The notes beneath the pieces were generated by a model. It ran no database searches, was not told the DNA's origin, and was given only the letters and a program-made list of their open reading frames with translations. The translations under genes and the position numbers were made by a program. Of a stretch of 36,866 nucleotides of DNA, positions 9,662 to 18,611 are shown one piece after another. Source of the stretch: Helicobacteraceae bacterium UBA6016. Its GTDB lineage: Bacteria > Campylobacterota > Campylobacteria > Campylobacterales > UBA6016. The stretch spans positions 1 through 36,866 of the forward strand of contig DIZY01000038.1 of assembly GCA_002428055.1 (NCBI GenBank), given 5' to 3'. The stretch's first letter is position 1. Each line of letters starts with the position of its first letter.

Positions 9662-11035
9662 TCAGTTTTGACAAGAGTATATTTTTTTATCTATCGCCTC
9701 TGCCGCTTTGATTATCGGATATGCCGTAGGTGCGGCCGTCAAAAGCGGATGCGTCGCCACTTGTAGATGTAGTAGAGAGTAGGCGCTCATTTTGTTCTCT
9801 ATGATTAGGCCTATTACATTTATCATCTCACCGGCGCTAATACCGCCGCTTATCTGCCCGCCGATTATTGTAGCCCCTCTTCTTGTTGCTATAAGCTTGA
9901 CTTTTTGTTTTTGGCATCCCGCAAGCGAAGCCGGATGTTTGTCCATACCTTCAAAAGTACCGGTTACGATGTCCATATTTTCGGCTAACGCCTCCTCTTC
10001 GGTAATGCCGACGGAAGCAAACGCTCTATCTCCAATCATTGTGGAAAATATAGCTATCGTGCCGCTAAAGCCTTTGATGTACTCTATTTTGTAAAGAGAT
10101 GCAGCGCAGATTCTAGCCTCCGCCGTAGATGTGGACGCTAGCATAACCCCCGTCGTTTTGCGCGTGATAAAGTGTTGCTTGGAAGCGCAATCCCCGACTG
10201 CAAAAACATCTTTTTCTTCGGTTCGCATATACTCATCCACCCAAATACCTTTTTTCTTGCCTACTCTAAGCCCTAGTTTTTGAGCAAGCTCTGTTTGAGG
10301 GTGGTAGCCGATACCTAGTATTACAAAGTCGGTATCTATCTTTTCACCGTTTTCTAGCAGTACGCCGGTGGTTTTGTCCGTATTGCAGAGTATCTCTTTT
10401 AGTTTTGCGTTTTTGATAAGCTTGATACCTTTGACAGCCAGTATCTCCTCCGCCTCTGCCGAAAACTCGGCGTCAAGCGCATTTTGCAATACCCTATCTT
10501 GTTCGCCTATGACGACCACCTCTTTGCCATGCTCTTTTAGCTCTACGGCCACCTCTATGCCGATAAAGCCCGTGCCGATGATGACGGCTTTTTGCTTATC
10601 TTCCACCGCTTTTTTGAGAGCGTCTATCCCGTCTCTATCTTTTGGCACCGCATGCACGCCGCAGCTTTGCGAACCGCCTATTGAGCATGGAATATTCGGT
10701 TCGCTACCGGTGGCAAATACGAGCTTGTCATATTCGTACACCGCTCCGCTTGCCGCCGTCGCCGTTTTGGCTTTAAAATCCACATCTACTATCTCATCAA
10801 AGTGCATTTTGGCTCCGCTCTCCGTCACTTTTGCCGCAGGAACAATATTTTTGGAAGAGTCGCCGAGCTTATCGCCGAAAATATACGGAATGGCGCAAGG
10901 TACCATCGCCTCTTTGTTTTTGCGCACCAAAATAACCTCTTTATTTGGATAGTACGACTTTGCCGTAGAGGCCGTCACCATTCCGGCAGGCCCGCCGCCT
11001 ATAATCAAAATATCCGTTGAAATTTTTTCGTTCAT
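9662..11035 (-). CDS. FAD-dependent pyridine nucleotide-disulfide oxidoreductase (CoA-disulfide reductase / NADH oxidase / persulfide reductase family)
   Basis: GGGPAG FAD motif, single redox Cys in VPCAIPY, ATGS, GTGFIGIE NAD(P)H motif, FAVGDC, C-terminal dimerisation domain. Confidence 0.8.
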   Translation of the reverse strand: MNEKISTDILIIGGGPAGMVTASTAKSYYPNKEVILVRKNKEAMVPCAIPYIFGDKLGDSSKNIVPAAKVTESGAKMHFDEIVDVDFKAKTATAASGAVYEYDKLVFATGSEPNIPCSIGGSQSCGVHAVPKDRDGIDALKKAVEDKQKAVIIGTGFIGIEVAVELKEHGKEVVVIGEQDRVLQNALDAEFSAEAEEILAVKGIKLIKNAKLKEILCNTDKTTGVLLENGEKIDTDFVILGIGYHPQTELAQKLGLRVGKKKGIWVDEYMRTEEKDVFAVGDCASKQHFITRKTTGVMLASTSTAEARICAASLYKIEYIKGFSGTIAIFSTMIGDRAFASVGITEEEALAENMDIVTGTFEGMDKHPASLAGCQKQKVKLIATRRGATIIGGQISGGISAGEMINVIGLIIENKMSAYSLLHLQVATHPLLTAAPTAYPIIKAAEAIDKKIYSCQN

Positions 11036-11117
11036 CTGTTGACCTTTCGATAATTTTTTAACTTCCTATGTTAGCAATAATAAGTTAAGTATATGTTACA
11101 TATTAGCTGTCAAAATA

Positions 11118-11246
11118 TATTTTACTTCTTTCAAAACCCTCTATTCATTCACTAAGGCTTCACTATGGGTCCCCAAAATCAATAGATTTTGACCCTATAG
11201 TTGCAGAAGCGTTCATTTCATAGAGGGTTTTGAAGGAAGTCAAATA
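11118..11246. repeat. 129-bp nested imperfect palindrome (MITE/ERIC-like element or structured RNA)
   Basis: 27-bp terminal arms 11118-11144 and 11220-11246 (25/27 complementary) enclose further stems GCTTC/GAAGC, ACTAT/ATAGT, GGGTC/GACCC and AAAATC/GATTTT. Confidence 0.8.
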
Positions 11247-11260
11247 AAAATCTTCAAATC

Positions 11261-11293
11261 TTTACGCATTTTTTACACATACTTCCATATAAT
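11261..11293 (+). promoter_or_regulatory. soxX promoter: tandem TTTAC boxes plus -10 TATAAT
   Basis: TTTACGC-N4-TTTACACA at 11261-11279 (11-bp period); TATAAT at 11288-11293; AAGGAG RBS before 11345. Confidence 0.6.
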
Positions 11294-11344
11294 TTTTTTC
11301 AATACAACACTAGCGTTTTGTATAACTTTTTTTAAGGAGTTGCG

Positions 11345-11902
11345 ATGAAAAAAGCTACCAAAATCGGGGCTTTATCTGTGTCTATCTGCCTATCCGCTTT
11401 AATCTTCGCAGGATGCGCCGCATCTTCTCAAGAGAGCAGTGTGGCAGCAGTAAGTCCAATCGAATCACCGGACGCTCTTAAAGCGTTAAATAGCGACCTT
11501 CTCGGTGCGGCGAAGGAGTATGCCATGCCTGCCGGATGCGTAAAGAGCGATAAAGCTTCTATAGAGAGGGGCAGACTGTTTTTTAACGAGTTAAACAATG
11601 ACTCAAATGTCTCCTCAAAATACGGTATTGCGTATCCGAAAAGTAAAAACTTCGGCAACTGCGTAGCGTGCCACCAGATAGAAAAAGCCAACGGCTACGG
11701 CAATATAGGTCCAAATTTGGAAAAATATCATGAGGTGTTTGTAAAGACCGGAGCTAGAAAGCCGGAATGGTTATACCAAAAAATAGCCGACCCTAGAATT
11801 GACAACAAAGATACGGCGATGACGGTCAATCTCACGACGAAGCTAATGAATGAATCAGAAATTTGCGACATTGTTTCATACATCGTCGCCGATAAAAAAT
11901 AA
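11345..11902 (+). CDS. soxX: SoxX c-type cytochrome (likely lipoprotein)
   Basis: Lipobox-like IFAGC, GNCVACH heme motif, GNIGPNL; first gene of the sox cluster. Confidence 0.9.
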   Translation: MKKATKIGALSVSICLSALIFAGCAASSQESSVAAVSPIESPDALKALNSDLLGAAKEYAMPAGCVKSDKASIERGRLFFNELNNDSNVSSKYGIAYPKSKNFGNCVACHQIEKANGYGNIGPNLEKYHEVFVKTGARKPEWLYQKIADPRIDNKDTAMTVNLTTKLMNESEICDIVSYIVADKK

Positions 11903-11919
11903 CATACGAAGGAACTAAT

Positions 11920-12366
11920 ATGGAAAGAAGAGAGTTTTTAAAAAATATGAGCATCATGGCCTCTTTGGCTATCGTGGCGATAAGCCCGTTAAAAGCGCTT
12001 GCGGCAGAACTTAGCGCAGAAGAGCAGATAACAAAAATAGTAGGCGCAAAAGGCGCAAAAACAGGCGTAGCGATACTAGTAGCTCCGGCTATCGCCGAAA
12101 ACGGTCTTGTCGTTCCTTTAAAAGTTGAGGTTAATCACCCGATGGAAGAGGGTAATTATGTAAAAGCGATACATCTATATGCGGCAGGCAATCCAACGCC
12201 TAGAGTAGTTACGGTCAATCTAACTCCGGCAAACGGAAAAGCATATTTTTCTACTAGAACGAAGCTTGCAAAAAGCCAAGATGTATTTGTAGTAGCAGAA
12301 CTTTCAAACGGAACTTTTCTGAAAGATACTAAAAATGTAAAAGTGACTATCGGCGGTTGCGGTTGA
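11920..12366 (+). CDS. soxY: SoxY sulfur carrier protein
   Basis: Tat signal MERREFLK, APAIAENGLVVP, C-terminal VKVTIGGCG. Confidence 0.97.
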   Translation: MERREFLKNMSIMASLAIVAISPLKALAAELSAEEQITKIVGAKGAKTGVAILVAPAIAENGLVVPLKVEVNHPMEEGNYVKAIHLYAAGNPTPRVVTVNLTPANGKAYFSTRTKLAKSQDVFVVAELSNGTFLKDTKNVKVTIGGCG

Positions 12367-12417
12367 TAACGGCTTTTTCCAAAAAATAAATACGAAATAA
12401 ATACTAAGGATAAAACA

Positions 12418-12735
12418 ATGGCAAGAAGTGTAATGATAAAAACAAAACCAAAAACTTATGCAGTAGGAGACATTATTCAGGTAGATGCGATACTAGAGCA
12501 TCCAATGGAGACGGGGCTACGAAAAGACAAAGACGGCAAGGTGGTTCCTGCGCATCATATTACAGGTGTAAAAGTTGAGTTCGACGGTAAAGTTGTTACG
12601 ACTATGGATTTGACGGCAAGCGTAAGCGTAAATCCGTTCGTGAGTTTCAATCTTAAAGTAACAAAAAACGCCCTGCTTAAAATAACGGCAACAGATAACA
12701 AAGGCGAGACCCAAGAGGGTACAAAAGAGATTTAA
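12418..12735 (+). CDS. soxZ: SoxZ
   Basis: HPMETGLRKDKDGKVVPAHHI, SVNP, DNKG motifs. Confidence 0.96.
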   Translation: MARSVMIKTKPKTYAVGDIIQVDAILEHPMETGLRKDKDGKVVPAHHITGVKVEFDGKVVTTMDLTASVSVNPFVSFNLKVTKNALLKITATDNKGETQEGTKEI

Positions 12736-12744
12736 GGAGAGGGT

Positions 12745-13506
12745 ATGAAAAAAGTAGTTTTTACGGTTGCTTTCGCGGCGCTGCTTTCGTCTCCTATTTT
12801 TGCGGAAAATCTCTCTATGTCGGACAAAGATAAAGAGCTTTACTCTTCCGATGAAAATCCAGGGGATTTGTATGTATCAAAAGGTGAGGCGATATTTAAA
12901 AAAACATTTGGAAATAGCGATGAGCTTGCAAAGTTTTTGGGAGTTGAGAAGTCAAAACTATCAACCGAGCTTGCCTCTTATCCAAAATATCTGCCAAAAG
13001 CGGGCAAGGTGGTCGCAATAGATCAGATGCTACAACTTGCGATGAGCGAGAGAGGTATCAAGCCGTTTAAGTTGACAAGCGACGATATGGTGTTTATGTC
13101 GTCTTTTGTGTTTAGTCTTGCAAATGAGCAAAAAATGGCGGTGGATACTACCGGAGAACACGCAAAAGAGTATTATGAGTATGGCAACAAGATATACCAC
13201 ACTCAAAGAGGTGCAAGAGGGCTTTCTTGTAACTCGTGCCACTCTCAAGGCGTTCTTGGAATGAGGCTTAGAATGCAGGTGCTGCCAAACCTAGGTGCGC
13301 CGGAGTTCAAAAGCGGGGCGACTTGGCCTGCGTATAGGATGACAAAATCAGAGCTTACTTCGTTGCAAAAAAGATTTCAGGGATGTATGCAAAACTCTTC
13401 TCAAAAGCCGCTTCCTATAGGCTCAAAAGAGATGGTAGCGCTTGAGCTATATGTGCGTTCGATGTCAAATTCACAAGCGGTAGCAATACCCGGGCTAAAA
13501 AGATAG
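12745..13506 (+). CDS. soxA: SoxA (monoheme type)
   Basis: Single CNSCH heme motif, LRMQVL, WPAYR, RFQGC active-site Cys, ALELY, PGLKR end. Confidence 0.95.
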   Translation: MKKVVFTVAFAALLSSPIFAENLSMSDKDKELYSSDENPGDLYVSKGEAIFKKTFGNSDELAKFLGVEKSKLSTELASYPKYLPKAGKVVAIDQMLQLAMSERGIKPFKLTSDDMVFMSSFVFSLANEQKMAVDTTGEHAKEYYEYGNKIYHTQRGARGLSCNSCHSQGVLGMRLRMQVLPNLGAPEFKSGATWPAYRMTKSELTSLQKRFQGCMQNSSQKPLPIGSKEMVALELYVRSMSNSQAVAIPGLKR

Positions 13507-13515
13507 GAGGGTTAC

Positions 13516-15246
13516 ATGGATATTTCAAGAAGAGACTTTCTATTTTTGGCGGCGGCGCTTGGCGTAAGCGCTACAAATCCTAGCTTTCTGGAGGCTTCCG
13601 CAATAGAAAAGCTAGATATGCACAACCTTATGTATGACGGGTTCAAACCGACAGGTAATGTAACTCTGCTTCATATATGCGACTGGCACGCACACCTAAA
13701 ACCGCTTTACTGGAGAGAGCCGTCAACGCTTGTTTCCGCTAAAGCTCTTGTCGGTTTGCCGGGGTTTTTGTCTGGTGATGCGTTTATGAAATATTACGGT
13801 CTTAAAAAAGGCTCCGTAGATAGCTATTTTGATACATATCTAGACTTTTCCGCTTTGGCTAATAAGTTTGGCAAGATGGGTGGTGCGGCGCATATCAAAA
13901 CGGTTGTAGATGCGGTGCGCAAAGAGAGAGGCGAAGATAAAGTACTATTTTTGGACTCTGGCGACACATGGCAAGGTACGGCGATAGGGCTAAAAACAAA
14001 AGGTGAAGCTATCGTAAAAGCCCAAAATCTGCTTGGCATCGACATGATGGTGGGGCATTGGGAGTTTACATACGGTAAAGAGCAGGTACTAAAACTTGCC
14101 GGAGATAAAGATAATAAAGGGATGCTAAACGCCGAGTTTATTAGTCAAAATATCTCCGATGAAGAGTGGAACGAGCTAATTTACAAACCTTACTCGATAA
14201 GAAACCAAAACGGCGTAAAAATCGGCTTTTTGGGTCAATCATTTCCTTATACTAAGACGGCAAACCCTGTAAATGTAGACGGCTGGAGCTACGGACTGCG
14301 CCTTGAAGATATGCAAAAGTATGTCAACGAGCTTAGAAGCAAATGCGATGTGGTGGTGCTGCTCTCACACGACGGCTTCAATGTTGACCAAGAGGTAGCA
14401 AAAAGAGTAAAAGGTATCGACATAATACTCTCAGGTCACACACACGACCCGGCTCCTAGACCGATGAAGGTAGGCAATACGCTTATTATCATCTCCGGAA
14501 GCCATGGCAAATATATCAGCAGGCTAGACCTCGATGTCAAAAACGGCAAAATAGCGGGATATGACTACAAGCTGATACCGATAGCCTCAAACATCATTCC
14601 AGCAGACCCGGCGATGGAAAAACTGGTAAAAAATGAGTATGCGCCGTTTGAAAGCGAGCTTTTGACGCCAATAGGCAAAACAAAGACGCTGCTGTACAAA
14701 AGAGATACATTTTATTCGACATTTGACCGTGTGATAGGCGATGCATGTATGAACAAAATGGGCAGCGACATAGTATTTACCCCTGGCTTTAGATGGGGTA
14801 CGACTGTACTACCGGGCTCCGACATTACGGCTGACGATGTGTATGATATGACTGCTATTACTTACCCGAATGTGTACACTTTCGAAATGGGCGGCGAGCA
14901 GTTTCATAGGCTTCTTGAAGACATTGCAGACAATGTGTTCAATCCAGACCCTATCTATCAGCAAGGCGGGGATATGAGTCGTCTTACCGGTGTGACATAC
15001 GATATTCGTATTGGCGCAAAAAGCGGTGAGAGAATCACAAATCTAAAAGTCGGCGGCAAGCCTATCGATATGAAAAAAGCGTATCTGATGAGCGCATGGG
15101 GCGGGAATGTTCAAAAAGCGGGTAAAAACCTTCGAGAGGACAAAATAGCTCCGGTCTATGACATTACGATAGATTATATCAAACGCCAAAAAGTGGTTTC
15201 GGCTCCGGAGCAGTCAAATGTAAGAGTGTTGGACTTTAAACGATGA
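13516..15246 (+). CDS. soxB: SoxB thiosulfohydrolase
   Basis: Tat SRRDFL, YWREPS, DSGDTWQG, GHWEFTYG, LSHDG, SGHTHD, PGFRWG, QQGGDM. Confidence 0.97.
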   Translation: MDISRRDFLFLAAALGVSATNPSFLEASAIEKLDMHNLMYDGFKPTGNVTLLHICDWHAHLKPLYWREPSTLVSAKALVGLPGFLSGDAFMKYYGLKKGSVDSYFDTYLDFSALANKFGKMGGAAHIKTVVDAVRKERGEDKVLFLDSGDTWQGTAIGLKTKGEAIVKAQNLLGIDMMVGHWEFTYGKEQVLKLAGDKDNKGMLNAEFISQNISDEEWNELIYKPYSIRNQNGVKIGFLGQSFPYTKTANPVNVDGWSYGLRLEDMQKYVNELRSKCDVVVLLSHDGFNVDQEVAKRVKGIDIILSGHTHDPAPRPMKVGNTLIIISGSHGKYISRLDLDVKNGKIAGYDYKLIPIASNIIPADPAMEKLVKNEYAPFESELLTPIGKTKTLLYKRDTFYSTFDRVIGDACMNKMGSDIVFTPGFRWGTTVLPGSDITADDVYDMTAITYPNVYTFEMGGEQFHRLLEDIADNVFNPDPIYQQGGDMSRLTGVTYDIRIGAKSGERITNLKVGGKPIDMKKAYLMSAWGGNVQKAGKNLREDKIAPVYDITIDYIKRQKVVSAPEQSNVRVLDFKR

Positions 15247-16175
15247 AAAAGCTGATTTTTTTATTTTTGACTTTTGCCATTAGCGCTTTTGCGGCAGAGG
15301 GGTTTGTGCTTTTGGAAACTTCCAAGAGCGGCAAAGAGCTTACGAAGGCGGTCTCGGATGCGGTAGCCAAGGCCGGTTTTGTACCTGCGGATGAGAGAGA
15401 TTTGAATGTGGCTTTTACTAAGCAGTTTGAGCAGAGCGATTTTGAGCTTTACTACAATCTGACTGTTTTTGATGCCAAGGCTTTAGGTGCAGTACTACCG
15501 TCTAATCCTAAGCTGGCTGGGTTTGTGCCGTATACGGTGTTAATCTATCAAAAAAAAGGCGAGAAAAAAAGCTTTGTCGGATTTGTCAAAACTGAGGCTA
15601 TATCGCTCTCTACCGGCGTAAAAGACAAAAAGACGATTGACGCTCTGAAAAAAAGCGAACAAACTCTAGAAAAAGAGATAAAAGCGGCGCTTAAAGACGC
15701 TAAGGCTGTAAAGCTCTCGTATCAACCGACTCCAAAAGAGGATAAAGAACTATTTTTTGAAGCCGCTATAAAAGTGAGTGAAAAAGAGAACGCAATCGCA
15801 AAAAAAGAGGGTCTGCAAAAAGAGTTTGAGAGCGCCGTAGAGGTGGAGGGGTTTAAGATCTCAAATATTACGGATTTAAAAGCGGAGCTTGAAAAAGTAA
15901 AAGCCGATATGTCTAAATACGAGTTTTTTGACACCTACTCTATCTGCAAACTAAAAGTGATTTATAGCGCGTCGAAAGAGAGAGCCGAGGCTGGTGTTTT
16001 TGCACCGTGTTCGGTCTATTTTTACAAGCTAAAATCGGAGCCGTTTATACGGGCAGGATTTCCGCCGACAAAAAACTGGGTTGTTCACACAAACATTACA
16101 AATGCCGAATATGTTAAGATTATGATTGATGCTGAAAATGTAGTCAAAAATATGTTAAACGAGGCGGCTGAGTGA
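15243..16175 (+). CDS. Exported protein with two DUF302-like repeats
   Basis: Signal peptide; two similar halves (GFVPYTVLIYQKKG / VFAPCSVYFYKLKS); ATGA-coupled to soxB. Confidence 0.65.
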   Translation: MKKLIFLFLTFAISAFAAEGFVLLETSKSGKELTKAVSDAVAKAGFVPADERDLNVAFTKQFEQSDFELYYNLTVFDAKALGAVLPSNPKLAGFVPYTVLIYQKKGEKKSFVGFVKTEAISLSTGVKDKKTIDALKKSEQTLEKEIKAALKDAKAVKLSYQPTPKEDKELFFEAAIKVSEKENAIAKKEGLQKEFESAVEVEGFKISNITDLKAELEKVKADMSKYEFFDTYSICKLKVIYSASKERAEAGVFAPCSVYFYKLKSEPFIRAGFPPTKNWVVHTNITNAEYVKIMIDAENVVKNMLNEAAE

Positions 16176-16603
16176 GGAAACTCCTGTTTATTGTGTTGTT
16201 GTCATTATCCCTTTGGGGTGTGCAGTCTAGATACGCTTCTCCGCATCCGACTATCGAAAATCCAAGACACGCCGTGTTTCAGTTTTCGGTAGGGGATGAA
16301 AAGACGGCTTCAAAACTACTAAGCTATATAGTCAATTTGCAAAAAGGGTATGAGCCCGGGCATATTGATGTGGCTGTTGTCTGCCTCAATGACGGTATTT
16401 TTTTGCTAAAAAAAGACACTCCGTTTAAAGAGCGGATAGAGTCTTTGACGCAATCAGGCGTAGAATTTGTGGCGTGTGAAAACACGATGGAGACAAAGAA
16501 AATTCCAAAAGCCGATATGCTAAACGGCTTATCGTATACAAAAACAGGAATGCAAGAGCTCATAGAGCGAAAGCTTTCCGGCTGGGTTTATTTGTTGCCG
16601 TGA
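16172..16603 (+). CDS. Exported DsrE-like protein
   Basis: Signal peptide; GVEFVACENTM and terminal GWVYLLP typical of DsrE/F-like proteins. Confidence 0.75.
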   Translation: MRKLLFIVLLSLSLWGVQSRYASPHPTIENPRHAVFQFSVGDEKTASKLLSYIVNLQKGYEPGHIDVAVVCLNDGIFLLKKDTPFKERIESLTQSGVEFVACENTMETKKIPKADMLNGLSYTKTGMQELIERKLSGWVYLLP

Positions 16604-16672
16604 GTAAAAAAACGGCAATAGGTTCGTAATATTTATGTTAATATAACGCTTTAATTTAAAAAAGGAGAAAAA

Positions 16673-18106
16673 ATGAAGATTACAAAACTAAGCTTTGTGG
16701 CGCTTATGGCGTGTGCAGCTACAGCTTCGTTTGCGGCAAGCGATATAGCGAGCGCTTTTAAAGAGGGCAAGCTAGATGGTAGACTCAGAGCGCATTATAT
16801 GGGCGCTGATTATTACGATAACGGCGCAAGCGGTGTTGCAAAAACAGACTCCAAAGGTGTTGCAGTAGGCGGTAGCCTTATTTATAAAACAGCCCCATTG
16901 CTTGGCATCAGCGCAGGAGTGGGTGCATATACGACGCAAAATCCTTTGGGTTTGACCGAAGATAATAGTGTCTCTTCAAACTATGTATCAAACAAAGACC
17001 TATTTTGGGACGGTCCTACAAATAGCCCTTATCACTACGGCAAAGGATATGCGATACTGGCTCAAGCTTATCTGCAGTATAGTCTTGCAAAGACCGACAT
17101 AAAAGCCGGTCGTATGCTTCTTACGAATCCTTTCATGAATCCAAACGATACAAAAATGATACCTACGGCGTTTGAAGCTGCTAGTGTTGAAAGCAAAGAT
17201 ATAGATAAAACGGCTCTTTACGGCTCGTATGTTACAAAATACAAAGAGAGAAGAAGAGAAAGCTTTAGCACCATGTCCGACTCCGCAGATTCACCGGACG
17301 CTATCAAAGCTTATTATCATTCCGAAGGCGGCACGGGTAGTCACGATGTAGCATCGGTAGTTGTGATAGGGGCAAAAAATAACTCCGTAAAAAATCTAGA
17401 GCTTCAAGCTTGGTATATGAACTGGGCGGATATTGTAGACCAAGCAATATTGGAAGCAAACTATGATATGAAATTTGGAGCTGTCGGCGTAAAACTGGGC
17501 GGTAGATTTTTCAAGCAATTTGATAGAGGCGCTGGCGATATTATCAAACCTCAAACAGGCTCTGCATACGGTTCTGCCGCTTATAAATTCAAAGGCGACA
17601 ACGATAACAAAGTAGACACTTATATGTACGCACTTAGAGCTATCGGCTCTTACGGTCCGGCAAAACTTCTTCTTTCATACTCTCATACGGACAAAGGCGG
17701 CGATTTGCTAGCTCCATGGAGAGCTTTCCCGACTGACGGATATACGAGAAGTATGACGCAAACCGATTGGAATGCAAATACTACCGCTTACAAAGCGCAG
17801 GTAGATTATAACCTCTCCGGCTTCGTAAAAGGGGTTAGCGCACTTCTTGCTTACTCATACTACAACAGAGATGAGACGAAAGTGCCGTATCAATCAATGA
17901 CGCACAGGGCGTATACAAACGGAGATACTATACAGTGGAACTTCGATGTTGCGTATAAGCCTGAGTTTGCCAAAAATACGGAGTTTAAAATCCGTACAAT
18001 GGATCAAAGAAACGATACGGTTGGCAAAGTAGGAGCCAATACCTCTAGCGCAAATAAAGACACTTCAAACAAAGAGCTAAGAATTGAGGCTAACTACCTC
18101 TTTTAG
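16673..18106 (+). CDS. OprD-family outer membrane porin
   Basis: Signal peptide, AFKEGKLDGRLR start, LAQAYLQY, KAGR, terminal ELRIEANYLF; strong RBS AAGGAG. Confidence 0.82.
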   Translation: MKITKLSFVALMACAATASFAASDIASAFKEGKLDGRLRAHYMGADYYDNGASGVAKTDSKGVAVGGSLIYKTAPLLGISAGVGAYTTQNPLGLTEDNSVSSNYVSNKDLFWDGPTNSPYHYGKGYAILAQAYLQYSLAKTDIKAGRMLLTNPFMNPNDTKMIPTAFEAASVESKDIDKTALYGSYVTKYKERRRESFSTMSDSADSPDAIKAYYHSEGGTGSHDVASVVVIGAKNNSVKNLELQAWYMNWADIVDQAILEANYDMKFGAVGVKLGGRFFKQFDRGAGDIIKPQTGSAYGSAAYKFKGDNDNKVDTYMYALRAIGSYGPAKLLLSYSHTDKGGDLLAPWRAFPTDGYTRSMTQTDWNANTTAYKAQVDYNLSGFVKGVSALLAYSYYNRDETKVPYQSMTHRAYTNGDTIQWNFDVAYKPEFAKNTEFKIRTMDQRNDTVGKVGANTSSANKDTSNKELRIEANYLF

Positions 18107-18119
18107 TAGTTAAAGCAAC

Positions 18120-18141
18120 AATCGGGGATTTCCCCGGTTTT
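18120..18141 (+). terminator. Putative intrinsic terminator after the porin
   Basis: CGGGG-ATTT-CCCCG hairpin followed by a short T run. Confidence 0.5.
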
Positions 18142-18151
18142 GCGTCTTATT

Positions 18152-18183
18152 TTTACGCGCTCTTTACACAAGAAGGTTAAAAT
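18152..18183 (+). promoter_or_regulatory. Second TTTAC tandem-box promoter (thioredoxin/DsrE unit)
   Basis: TTTACGC-N4-TTTACACA at 18152-18170 and TAAAAT at 18178-18183; same architecture as the soxX promoter. Confidence 0.6.
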
Positions 18184-18211
18184 AAGCCGCAAATATGCGG
18201 AGGTCTATATC

Positions 18212-18607
18212 GTGAGAGTTTTTATTTTTTTACTTTTTACTTTCGGTGTCCTTGGCGCCGCCGATATTAAGTGGATGAGTTTGGAAAATGCGAAAAATAT
18301 AGCAAAAGAGCAAAATAAGATATTGATGGTCGAGGTATCGGCTCACGGTTGCAAATATTGCATAGATATGGCAAATACGACCCTCAAAAACGACAAAATA
18401 GTCGCAAAAATAAACAAATATTTTGTGCCGGTACTATTTTTTATGGATTCCGACAAAATACCGCAAGAGTTTTTTTCAAAGGGCACTCCTACATTTTTCT
18501 TTTTGGATGGTAAGGGCAGACGGCTAGCTCCTCCAATATTTGGCGCTTGGGATGTGTCCGATTTTGACTCTTTTTTGGAGTCTGCTATTAAAAAAAGAGG
18601 AGAATAA
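18212..18607 (+). CDS. Periplasmic thioredoxin-fold protein (SoxW/SoxS-like)
   Basis: GTG start at 18212 with GGAGG RBS, signal peptide, CKYC, GTPTFFFLD. Confidence 0.78.
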   Translation: MRVFIFLLFTFGVLGAADIKWMSLENAKNIAKEQNKILMVEVSAHGCKYCIDMANTTLKNDKIVAKINKYFVPVLFFMDSDKIPQEFFSKGTPTFFFLDGKGRRLAPPIFGAWDVSDFDSFLESAIKKRGE

Positions 18608-18611
18608 GAAG

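Noticed and set aside
12352-12369. SoxY ends GGCG-TGA-TAA rather than GGCGG; considered TGA recoding or truncation
   Set aside because: The carrier Cys is intact, many other genes here stop at TGA, and no SECIS-like stem follows; a one-residue-shorter tail is the simpler reading.
16593-16620. Hairpin TTGCCGT...ACGGCAA over the TGA of the DsrE-like gene as a possible SECIS
   Set aside because: The protein ends where the family normally ends, and the stem includes the stop codon rather than following it; at most an mRNA processing or stability hairpin.
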